From: Clostridia bacterium
GTDB taxonomy: Bacteria; Bacillota; Clostridia; Oscillospirales; CAG-272
Assembly: GCA_017399105.1 (NCBI GenBank)
Contig: JAFQEJ010000018.1
Location: forward strand, 1-58,673
DNA: 58,673 bases
Reading direction: 5' to 3'
Of this stretch, positions 36,492 to 45,200 are shown one piece after another; position 1 is the stretch's first letter; the number at the start of each line of letters is the position of its first letter. A model generated the notes under the pieces. It was not told the origin of the DNA. It saw only the letters and a list, made by a program, of their open reading frames with translations, and did not search any database. Both the position numbers and the translations under genes were made by a program.

Positions 36492-36582
36492 GATGTTACC
36501 TCGCTTGATTTTTTGTAGCTACACATATATTGTCGTCGGAAAGAAGAGCGGGTTCGATGAATAGGAGAAATTATATAGACAT

Positions 36583-36630
36583 AAATGAAGAAATGAAGAA
36601 ATGAAGAAATGAAGAAATGAAGAAATGAAG
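36583..36630. repeat. Octanucleotide simple-sequence repeat (AAATGAAG)x6, perfect
   Basis: Six tandem identical 8-mers lie between the terminator hairpin of the upstream gene and the TATATAAT -10-like element of the sigma-factor gene. Confidence 0.9.
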
Positions 36631-36660
36631 GAACGGAGCCGTATGATACGACTCCGTTCG
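36631..36660 (-). terminator. Hairpin immediately after the stop of the small ORF 36663-36998
   Basis: GAACGGAG(CCGTATgATACG)aCTCCGTTC. On the minus strand it is followed by CUUCAUUUCUUCAUUU from the repeat tract. Confidence 0.5.
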
Positions 36661-36662
36661 AT

Positions 36663-36998
36663 TTAATCACTGTAGCTGTCGATAATCTGCTCGGCAAGGC
36701 TGAGGAAGTTTTCTTCTCCCAATGTATTGAGCTTAAAAAACATTGCCTGACTTCCGCCCGAGGCTGTCACGATCACACGGAATGTATTGGTATCGCCCAC
36801 CACAGTGAGACTGAGGCTTACGCGATTGCCGCCCGACCAGCTGTATCGCTCATAGATGCGCACGGCACAGGTGACGCCGCCGATTTTATAATCGGAGGAT
36901 TCTTCCAGTGTGACCGAAAGACCGTTTTCGATTTCGCTCCCGAAATAATTCAGAAAGCTGTGCAGATTGCCATTCAGCGTTTTTTCGTATTTTGCCAT
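36663..36998 (-). CDS. Hypothetical 111-aa beta-rich protein, translationally coupled to flotillin
   Basis: Its ATG overlaps the flotillin stop at 36998. No recognisable motif; a Gly/Ser/Thr/Val-rich predicted beta structure. Confidence 0.45.
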   Translation of the reverse strand: MAKYEKTLNGNLHSFLNYFGSEIENGLSVTLEESSDYKIGGVTCAVRIYERYSWSGGNRVSLSLTVVGDTNTFRVIVTASGGSQAMFFKLNTLGEENFLSLAEQIIDSYSD

Positions 36999-38404
36999 TA
37001 CTCTGCTTCGACAGAATTGGTTACATCAGGCTGTGCGCCCTTCTCTGTACCAAGATAGGAGGGAAGCTGCATACCTGCCATGTCGAAAATTTCCTGCATG
37101 GGGGGAATGCTCTTCATCATACCCGAGATAAAGTTGGCGGTGGAGTTTTTGCCGTCCTCGCTGCCCTTGCCCGAATCCCAGACAGTAACCTTGTCGATCT
37201 TGATATTCTTGATCGCATCGACCTGGATCTTGGTGAGCTCTTCCAGCTTGTCGGCAACCATAAGACGGATTGCATCGTTTGCTTCGCCGCCTGCAGCATC
37301 GACGATATTCTTGAGACCTTCAGCCTGCTTGGTGAGCATTTCGCGCATACCGGCAGCTTCAGCCTGCATCTTCATCATGATGGAGTCGGCTTCACCCTTG
37401 GCACGGCGGCGCATCTGCTCTGCTTCAGCTTCAGCTTCGAGCTCAAGTCTGCGCTTTTCGATTTCCATTTTTACGATGACATCTGCCTCGAGACGAGCCT
37501 TTTCAAGCTCTGCACGGGCAAGCTCTGCTGCACGCTCTGCGGCGTAGGATTCCTCTCTTGCGAGAGCGGCCTGAATGTTTTCGGCGGCGGTTGCACGCTT
37601 CAGAGATTCAGCTTCACGCTCACGGCGGATAGCATCCGATTCGGCGATGGCAGCCTTAGCTTCGTTCTCGCCCTTGATTGCCTCGGAGTTGGATGCGGCG
37701 ACGTTGATACGCTGATCGCGCTCTGCATCTGCGGCACCGATGGCACCGGTCTTGTCAGCCAGCGCAACCGAAACCTTTGCGTCGTTAATTGCCTTGGAAG
37801 CGGCTTCCTTACCGAGTGCGCTGATATAGCCCGACTCATCGTTAATATCGGTGACATTAACGTTGATCAGGCGGAGACCGATCTTCTTCAGCTCGGTTTC
37901 CACGTTGCCCGAAACGGCGTCGAGGAATTTGTCGCGGTCGGTGTTGATCTCTTCGATTTCCATGGTGGCGATGATCAGACGGAGCTGACCGAAGATGATA
38001 TCCTCAGCAAGACGCTCAATTTCATCCATCTTCAGACCGAGCAGACGCTCAGCCGCATTTTGCATGATGCCAACCTCGGTGGAGATACCGACGGTAAAAC
38101 GGGAGGGAACATCGATACGGATATTCTGCTTGGAGAGGGCGTTCTTCAGGTCGACGCTGATCGAAACAGGGGTCAGATCGAGGTATTCATAGGACTGAAT
38201 AATCGGCCAGATGAATGCCGCGCCGCCGTGGATACACTTTGCGGAGCGCTGAGTGCCGTCCTGATTGTTGCCGACCTTACCGTAGATGACCATAACCTTA
38301 TCGGAGGGACACTTGCGGTAGCGCGACATGAGAATGATGAAGGTTGTGAAGACGAAGAGCACGATGACGGTCACAAGGACTAACATGGAGGTGTCAATAG
38401 GCAT
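36998..38404 (-). CDS. floT: Flotillin-like SPFH/band-7 protein (FloT/YuaG-like)
   Basis: N-terminal transmembrane helix, SPFH domain, and a long Ala/Glu-rich coiled coil (AEAEQMRRRAKGEA...). Confidence 0.85.
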   Translation of the reverse strand: MPIDTSMLVLVTVIVLFVFTTFIILMSRYRKCPSDKVMVIYGKVGNNQDGTQRSAKCIHGGAAFIWPIIQSYEYLDLTPVSISVDLKNALSKQNIRIDVPSRFTVGISTEVGIMQNAAERLLGLKMDEIERLAEDIIFGQLRLIIATMEIEEINTDRDKFLDAVSGNVETELKKIGLRLINVNVTDINDESGYISALGKEAASKAINDAKVSVALADKTGAIGAADAERDQRINVAASNSEAIKGENEAKAAIAESDAIRREREAESLKRATAAENIQAALAREESYAAERAAELARAELEKARLEADVIVKMEIEKRRLELEAEAEAEQMRRRAKGEADSIMMKMQAEAAGMREMLTKQAEGLKNIVDAAGGEANDAIRLMVADKLEELTKIQVDAIKNIKIDKVTVWDSGKGSEDGKNSTANFISGMMKSIPPMQEIFDMAGMQLPSYLGTEKGAQPDVTNSVEAE

Positions 38405-38471
38405 AGGTTTCTCCTTTTCTTAAAATGTATGTGGTTGAAAAACGAATGACATAAATACAACAGAATTGCGG

Positions 38472-39071
38472 TTACTTTGCACCGACAGGCACCTTGACTC
38501 TTTCCACGATGACACAGCCGACCTCGTCGGTAGCGACGACTCTGACCATTTCACCGGTTTTGAGGGGCTCTCCCTCGCTTGTCATAGCGGTGACCTCGGT
38601 GTATTTGTCCTGGATGGTGATATTCACCTTGCCGGAGCCTGACATCTGCGGAGGGATGGGAATGTATACCTGTCCAACCTTGCCGATGGCATTGGAGAGC
38701 TGGATGTTGCCGTTTGACTGCAGCTTGAGTATCAGCTTGATGAGCAGTGCACAGCCTACAAGAGCGGCAAATCCAACAATCAGCGCCAATGTGATGGCTG
38801 CTGCCGGGACAATGCCGGCGTCAATGAAGAAGACGCCGCTCCAGCCGCCGACCGCAAGGAAAGCCATGATGCCGCGAACCGTGAAGAGGGCGAGACCGTC
38901 ATCACCGACGCTTTCGGGAATACTGTCGCCGTCATCGATGTCTCCGGCACCGTCATCGAGTACGCCGAGCAGCAGAAGCACTGCCTGGAGGATGAAAATC
39001 AGGGTGGAAGGGAAGGCGATGAGGGTAAATATTTTCTGAAGGGTAGTCATGGTGTTGAACCAATCGAGCAT
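38472..39071 (-). CDS. nfeD: NfeD-family membrane protein (YuaF-like)
   Basis: Transmembrane segments plus a C-terminal OB-fold-like tail (GKVNITIQDKYTEV...VVATDEVGCVIVERVK). It is upstream of flotillin, as in the Bacillus yuaF-floT pair. Confidence 0.75.
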   Translation of the reverse strand: MLDWFNTMTTLQKIFTLIAFPSTLIFILQAVLLLLGVLDDGAGDIDDGDSIPESVGDDGLALFTVRGIMAFLAVGGWSGVFFIDAGIVPAAAITLALIVGFAALVGCALLIKLILKLQSNGNIQLSNAIGKVGQVYIPIPPQMSGSGKVNITIQDKYTEVTAMTSEGEPLKTGEMVRVVATDEVGCVIVERVKVPVGAK

Positions 39072-39094
39072 GTGATGTTACCTCCTTTGCTGCA

Positions 39095-39667
39095 TCAGAG
39101 TTTATCAAAGAGTTCACTTGCGTGACCCTTGATCAGCTTTGCGTAATAAGAGAAGATGATGATTTCCAGTGCTGCACAGAGCCGCCGCCTTGCACCCGAA
39201 ACGCGCTCCTCATAATCGGAGGTTACCTCTTCGATGATGGCACGCAGCTCCTCGTTGGAGGTGGAATCCTCTTCTGAAATGCTGTCTAAAATGCGGCAGA
39301 TGTAGTCATACAGGATCGATTCGGGGATGATATCATCCTCTTTTTTATCAAGAGTGCCGTTGATATATTTAAGTAAAAAATCGATACGCTCCAGCAGCAT
39401 GGTGTCGCGGAGCATATTTATGATGAGAATGCGCGACAGCTGGTCGATATTGTATTTTTTCAGCTTGGTATTGGGAAGCCAGCCGCGCTTTACCCAATTC
39501 TGGAGGGTGGAGCCGTCAAGCCCCGAGATCTCGCGAATCTGGTTCAGCATGATGCCGTTGGTGATGTAGAAAATTTTATGCAGGAATTCAAGTCCGGTCA
39601 CATTGCCCATCTTTTCGCGGTTCAGCTGCGTTCCCGGTATATGATCGTCGGTGATGCCGAATTTCAT
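39095..39667 (-). CDS. Cytoplasmic protein, DUF1836-like (putative N-terminal HTH)
   Basis: The likely start is MKFGITDD at 39667, with GAAAGGAG 8 nt upstream. The ISGLDGSTLQNWVKRGWLP block is HTH-like. Confidence 0.4.
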   Translation of the reverse strand: MKFGITDDHIPGTQLNREKMGNVTGLEFLHKIFYITNGIMLNQIREISGLDGSTLQNWVKRGWLPNTKLKKYNIDQLSRILIINMLRDTMLLERIDFLLKYINGTLDKKEDDIIPESILYDYICRILDSISEEDSTSNEELRAIIEEVTSDYEERVSGARRRLCAALEIIIFSYYAKLIKGHASELFDKL

Positions 39668-39746
39668 GGTAGCGCTCCTTTCATCAGCATCCAAAGGTTG
39701 GATGCCTTCATTTGGGGATAATCTCCCACCATATCTTGTGTAATAT

Positions 39747-39775
39747 GATTATAGCATACGGTCATATGATTGTCA
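39747..39775 (-). promoter_or_regulatory. Perfect consensus promoter TTGACA-17-TATAAT for the DUF1836/nfeD/floT operon
   Basis: Minus-strand sequence cctaTTGACAatcatatgaccgtatgcTATAATcat. Confidence 0.55.
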
Positions 39776-39943
39776 ATAGGGAATCGAAAGATTTTATGCA
39801 ATTTTTCGACTTAATCTGGACGGATATAATCGGTCGAAAAATCCCGAATATACTCCTTGACAACGATGATTGATTATGATAAACTACACCCAAGGAGATT
39901 TCCGTTATCGAAACAGAAATTGTATTTAAAGAGAGGTAGAATT

Positions 39944-41020
39944 ATGACAAAGAAACTTCGTATCGGTATTATCGGATGCGGCGGAATTGCACATGCACAT
40001 GCACGTGCTTATGCGGCTTTTGATGATGTAGAGGTTGTGGCAGGTGCCGATATTATTTCCGGCAAGGCACGAGCATTCCTTGATGAATTCGGTTGGAATG
40101 ATGCCGATGCATACGATACCTGTGAAGAGCTCTGTGCCCGTGAGGATATTGATGCGGTATCGGTCTGCACCTATAACATGCAGCATGAGGTCTGTACTGT
40201 GGCTGCACTGAAGGCAGGTAAGCATGTACTCCTCGAAAAGCCGCTCTGTGTCACCATGGAGGAAGCCAAGCGCATCGTTGCTGCCGAAAAGGAATCGGGC
40301 AAGATTCTCACCGTCGGATTCCAGCCCCGCTATGGTGCCAACATGAAGCAGGTCAAGCAGATTATCGAAGAGGGCACTCTCGGTGACGTGTACTATATCG
40401 CAGTTGGCGGCGGCCGCTTCCGCGGTATTCCCGGCAGAACCTTTATCGAGAAGGATAAAGCCGGATTCGGTGCTATTGGCGATATCGGCTGCTATGGTCT
40501 GGATTTTGCGCTCAATTCCATCGGTTATCCCAAGCCGCTTACCGTTTCTGCAACCTCAAGTGCACATTTCGGCAAGAATCCCGAGCTGTATGCTGAGGCT
40601 CATCGCTTCACGGTGGACGATGATTTTGCTTCTGCCTTCATCCGTCTGGAGGGCGGCGTCACTCTGGACTGGCGCGTCAGCTGGGCGATGCATATGGATA
40701 CCCTGGGCGACTTCCTCTTCCTCGGCACCAAGGCAGGTCTCAAGATCAAGGGTAATCCCGGTATGTGCTGGGACGGCACTGCAGGTGAACTGACCCTCTT
40801 CTACAATGACGAGAAGGGCAATCCCACCTCCAAGCCCATTCCGCCCGCTGTGGAAGAAAAGAGCAATCTCTTCAATCAGAAGGTGCGCTCTTTCATCGAT
40901 GCCATCCTCGAGGGAAAGCCGGCTCCCATTCCCACATCGCAGATTATCTATAATCAGGCGATTATAGACGGTATCCTGAAGTCGGCAGCAAGCGGTCACG
41001 AGGTTGAAATCGAGCTGTAA
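39944..41020 (+). CDS. Gfo/Idh/MocA-family NAD(P)-dependent oxidoreductase
   Basis: LRIGIIGCGGIAHAHA Rossmann N-terminus plus a GFO_IDH_MocA C-terminal domain. GAGAGG sits 7 nt before the ATG at 39944. Confidence 0.85.
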   Translation: MTKKLRIGIIGCGGIAHAHARAYAAFDDVEVVAGADIISGKARAFLDEFGWNDADAYDTCEELCAREDIDAVSVCTYNMQHEVCTVAALKAGKHVLLEKPLCVTMEEAKRIVAAEKESGKILTVGFQPRYGANMKQVKQIIEEGTLGDVYYIAVGGGRFRGIPGRTFIEKDKAGFGAIGDIGCYGLDFALNSIGYPKPLTVSATSSAHFGKNPELYAEAHRFTVDDDFASAFIRLEGGVTLDWRVSWAMHMDTLGDFLFLGTKAGLKIKGNPGMCWDGTAGELTLFYNDEKGNPTSKPIPPAVEEKSNLFNQKVRSFIDAILEGKPAPIPTSQIIYNQAIIDGILKSAASGHEVEIEL

Positions 41021-41024
41021 ACAT

Positions 41025-41774
41025 ATGTACATTATCAGCGAAAAGCTCAACAGCTCCTCGAAAAGTGCTCGTGCCATGCTGGAGGCAGAAGATGCATCTC
41101 CTCTTGCAGCCTTTATAACTTCACAGAAGAAATTCGGTGCCCATGCCTGCGATATCAATACCGCTCTTTGCAGCAAGTCCGCAGAATGTATGCGCCGAGC
41201 CTGCAGAATGGTGCTTGATGCAGGAATGGCGGTCTGGATTGACTCCGACGATGCGAGCCTGCAGATGTTGATGCTGGAGGAGCTGGGCAGGGAAGCGGTG
41301 ATCAACTCGGTGACCTCTGCACCTGCATATGACCGTGTGATTACACTGGCTGCTGAATGCGGCGCAAAGGTGGTTGCTATGCCGCGAGGTGAAGCCTCTC
41401 CTGTCGATGAGGCAATGCGGCTTATCGAAAAGCTGACAATATCGGGTATTGACGAGGAAAATATCTTCCTTGATATTATGTCGGGAGCACTGGCAGCTGC
41501 AGATTGCGCAGCGCAGGATGCTATACGCTTCCTCGGTGAGATAAAGGAGAAGCTGCCGAAGATATCAACCGTCTGCGGAATTACCAACATCTCCTACGGA
41601 CTTCCCGATCGGGATCGGCTGAACGCCGCCTTTCTCACTGTGCTGGCAACACACGGACTTGACGCTGTGATATGCGACATCGGTAAGGAATCCATCCGCG
41701 ATTCGATTGTGCTTGCGGATTTACTCTGCGGCAGGGACGAGCTCTGTGCGGAGTATGTGACGTCATTCAAATAA
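41025..41774 (+). CDS. Pterin-binding (DHPS-like TIM barrel) methyltetrahydrofolate:corrinoid methyltransferase-like protein (AcsE/MtrH family), orphan
   Basis: Block-wise similarity to the AcsE/MetH pterin-binding domain: MYIISEKLN vs IIGERIN; ACDIN; WIDSDD vs CLDSTN; AVINSV vs AMINST; IFLDIM vs LYIDPL; CGITNISYGLPDRDRLNAAFL vs [21 protein letters not shown]. Confidence 0.55.
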   Translation: MYIISEKLNSSSKSARAMLEAEDASPLAAFITSQKKFGAHACDINTALCSKSAECMRRACRMVLDAGMAVWIDSDDASLQMLMLEELGREAVINSVTSAPAYDRVITLAAECGAKVVAMPRGEASPVDEAMRLIEKLTISGIDEENIFLDIMSGALAAADCAAQDAIRFLGEIKEKLPKISTVCGITNISYGLPDRDRLNAAFLTVLATHGLDAVICDIGKESIRDSIVLADLLCGRDELCAEYVTSFK

Positions 41775-41799
41775 TCGGTAAAAAATTAATATAAAAGTG

Positions 41800-41860
41800 T
41801 TGACAAGTGTCTGCGATTGTGGTATAGTGAAGATACCACCGTAGACACTTGTCTTTGTTT
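41800..41860 (+). promoter_or_regulatory. Promoter TTGACA-17-TATAGT of the blaI/blaR1-like operon 1, bracketed by an 11-bp inverted repeat (GACAAGTGTCT ... AGACACTTGTC); candidate BlaI-type operators
   Basis: gtgTTGACAAGTGTCTgcgattgtggTATAGTgaagataccaccgtAGACACTTGTCttt. One half-site overlaps the -35 and one lies downstream of the -10. An inner TGGTA-9-TACCA dyad overlaps the -10. Confidence 0.45.
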
Positions 41861-41883
41861 ATGATTTGAAAGGAAGATCTGCT

Positions 41884-42261
41884 ATGACCCACGACATTCC
41901 CCGCCTTCCCGATGCCGAGCTGGATATCATGCTTGTGCTCTGGAGTACCGATCACATGATGAAAGCAAGCGAAATCCTCGAAGCTCTCGAAGGGGAGCAT
42001 TCCTGGAAAAAGGGCACGCTTCATGTCCTTCTGGAGCGGCTTTTGGAGAGAGGTTTTATCGAAGCGAAGAGAGAGAGTAACTACAAGCTCTTTTCGCCGA
42101 AAATTACAGAAGAAGAGTATCGTACATCCGAGTCACGCACCTTCATGAAGAAGCTCTGCCGAGGATCGTGGAAGACGATGGTTGCTTCCTTCACTTCGGG
42201 CAACAAGCTGACCGAGGAAGACATCCGCGAAATTGAGGATATACTCAAAAACGCCAAATAA
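41884..42261 (+). CDS. BlaI/MecI/CopY-family transcriptional repressor (copy 1)
   Basis: Penicillinase-repressor winged-helix N-terminus (ELDIMLVLWSTDHMMKASEILEAL). AAAGGAAG sits 7 nt before the ATG at 41884. Confidence 0.8.
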   Translation: MTHDIPRLPDAELDIMLVLWSTDHMMKASEILEALEGEHSWKKGTLHVLLERLLERGFIEAKRESNYKLFSPKITEEEYRTSESRTFMKKLCRGSWKTMVASFTSGNKLTEEDIREIEDILKNAK

Positions 42262-42272
42262 GGAGGATCATA

Positions 42273-45200
42273 ATGGAATTTCTTGCTGAGAGTATGCTGA
42301 ATATCACTCTGTCCATGTCGGTGATTATCCTATTGATGCTGATCTTCTCTCGCATCGCCGCAAAAAAGCTCACTGCGCGCTGCCGTTATCTGCTGTGGTG
42401 CCTGGTGATTCTCCGCCTTGCCATTCCCGCTGTGGGGCTGCGTGCTCTGCCGCCGCTTTTTACGGTGACACTGCCCGAGACGGTGATTGTGGAGGAAGAT
42501 ATCGCCGAAACGCTGCCCGAGTTGAACGAGCCGCCCTACAGCGTGATGCCACAGCAGCCGTTCGAGGGCAGTGCGCAGGATATCATTGCTGCCCCGCCTT
42601 CAGAGGATATACCGAACATCCCCAATTATACACAGAATATCACGCCCGATACCACACAGGGGATGCCGGGGGAGATAATAACTCCGATTATCCCCGAAAC
42701 CTTACCGGTTACGATGCCTGCGCCCGAGGAGAGCAATATTACCCTCGATCTTACGGTTGTTCTTCGTATCGTCATGCACCTTTGGGCTGTGATTGCCCTC
42801 GGAAGCTTTGCCTTCCGTATGCTGTCCTATCTGCACTTTGTGCTTCGCATGAAAAAGGACAATACAGTCTGTACAGATGAGCGTATTCATGAAATATATG
42901 ACAGCCTCTGCACCAAAAATTCTATCCGACGCAGACCGAGGCTCTGTATGAATGACGGCGTGACTTCACCAATGGTGTATGGTTACTTTAAACCGATCAT
43001 CATTCTCCCTTCGGATATTAAGGATGAATTTGCTCTGCGCGGCATCCTTTTCCATGAGCTTGTGCACTATCGACGCGGTGACCTGTACATGAAGCTGATT
43101 GCACAACTTGCCCTGTCACTGCACTGGTTCAATCCGCTTGTATATATTGCATCCGACCGTCTTGCACAGACGGCAGAACTTGCCTGTGATGAGCGGGTGC
43201 TTGCAGCATGCAGTATGAGCGATCGCGTAGATTACGGTAATGTGATGCTCGATATCATCAAGCAAAGCAGCGAGGAGCGCATCACAAGCAGCTCGATGAG
43301 CACGCACTTCAATCCCCGTACCGACGCGGTGAAGGAGCGCTTCCGCAATATCCTCGATATGCGGCCGAAAAATTTTGCTCTCTGGCTGGTGGTGCTTCTG
43401 ATGATTGCCTGCATTGTTACGGGAACCCTGGTGGCATGCAGCTTTAGCGGCGATGCTGACGGTGAGCAGAACAGTGAAGGGAAGGATGCCGTTACCACCG
43501 AAGCCGATACCGAGTCTGAGGAAACCGAAAGCGCGGAGACGGTGACGAACATTCCAGAGACAGGGGATGACAGACTTCCTCCCGATGTCTTTCCTGTCAC
43601 CGGTATCGACAGTGCGGTGATTCTGACCGGATATTATAACCTCAGCGAGAAAGCATTGGCACAGCTTTCGGCGTCAAGTGAGCATGCGAATAAAGAACTT
43701 GAAAATATGATCCTGATCGGATTGATGGTCAGCGAGGATGACGAGGTTCTCGCGGTTTACAAAACGCTTGGAGGAGATTCCAACCGTTATGCAGCCTATA
43801 CTGGCGGTGAACAGTTCTATTTAAAGGATGCCTATCCCGGTATAAACACGATTGTTCCCACGCAGGAAATGGCGGTTGGATGGGGCATCAATGCTACCCT
43901 CATTTGTGATTCTCAGCAGATTCTGATGGATGAAGCGGGAGACGGAAATTTCTTCTTTGAACAGGGCTGGCTTTTCCAAAAGCGTCATTATCAAGGTACC
44001 ATTCACACCTTCCGTCTGCCCATCAGCGAAGCTTATGTCCCTGACCTCGAGATTCAACGCTCCGAGCGCGTCTTTACCCATAATTGGCAGGAAGCAATGA
44101 TGACGCTGATTCCGGGCGGTGATATCGGAGGCGACGAAAATTGTCTTTATGTGTTTATCACCTACGATATGGCTCAGACCTGGTATGTGACTGCGCTTCC
44201 TGCGCCCGGTGTCTGTGTCAGAGGCAGCGCGAATTATGACGAGTACGGCAATCTCCATGTCTATGCCATAGGCGAGGGAAATTCCGATTACAATCGCTAC
44301 TTCAGCTACAATGGCGGCTTCCGCTTTGTGATGGTGGACGATATGTACCTCGGAGAGGGCACCGCCGTGGAGGTAAAGACGCCGAACGAACACTATTCAG
44401 CATCGGTGAACGGCTTCGCTTATGCCACGCTCTATGATATGATGAAGCAGGGATATCCGTTCCCCGCGCATGGCGATGCCAGTGAGGAATATATCCTCGT
44501 CGGTCCGGGACCGGCGGGCGGTGAGAGTGTGATACTCAAGCCGGGTGATGCACTTTATGATGATGTGTCGGCACTTCTTTACCGCCGCTCCATGCGTATT
44601 TATATCAGCGATGAATGGCAGTATCCCATCGCGGTTGCCTCCGGCAATTCACCGACCATGGGGCAATTCGCGCTGCGCTGGAATCCCGGAAATGCTTCGG
44701 GAGCGGGCTGGAATACATACGATATTATGAGCGGTGACGGAGCAGGCTACAAGAAGATTACCTTCTGCGAGCAGGGGGCGATCATTACCTTTGATACCAA
44801 CCACCGCAGTGTGGAAGGTGGGACTGCCACAAGTCTGTACCGCATTCTCTGCGATCTTACCGAGCGTGGTGAAGGTGTGCGTTCCGACGAGCTTGAAGTC
44901 TACCGCGATGAGCTTCGCGCCCGTGTGATGCTGCTGGTGGACGGTGTTGAGCTGCCGATCCGACTGACCTTTGCAGCGGAAGATAAATCTGCGATTCTTG
45001 TTCAGACCGATACGCCCATCAAATATGACAACATTCTGTCGTATATGCAGATTATCATCGGCGATACATATTCCCGCTTTGACACAATCGATGAGCTGAT
45101 CGCGGCACAGAATGAGGAAACCTGGCAGGAGTTCTACGAGTACGCACTGATGGTGCCCTATGTCTGGCATATCGATTATCTCACTGCCATCAAATCGGGG

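Noticed and set aside
36992-38383. 463-aa plus-strand ORF
   Set aside because: Antisense to the flotillin gene, which has a clear SPFH domain and coiled coil. The product is low-complexity and Gly/Asp/Leu-rich. It is a typical shadow ORF of a GC-skewed coding strand.
39715-39731. Short hairpin CATCCAAaggTTGGATG in the 5'UTR of the DUF1836-like gene
   Set aside because: It is a 7-bp stem with a 3-nt loop and no flanking U-tract, which is too weak to call a regulatory element. It is probably incidental leader structure.
40556-41590. 344-aa minus-strand ORF
   Set aside because: Antisense to the Gfo/Idh/MocA (Rossmann GIIGCGGIAHAHA) and AcsE-like genes. Its product is a Ser/Ala-rich low-complexity sequence.
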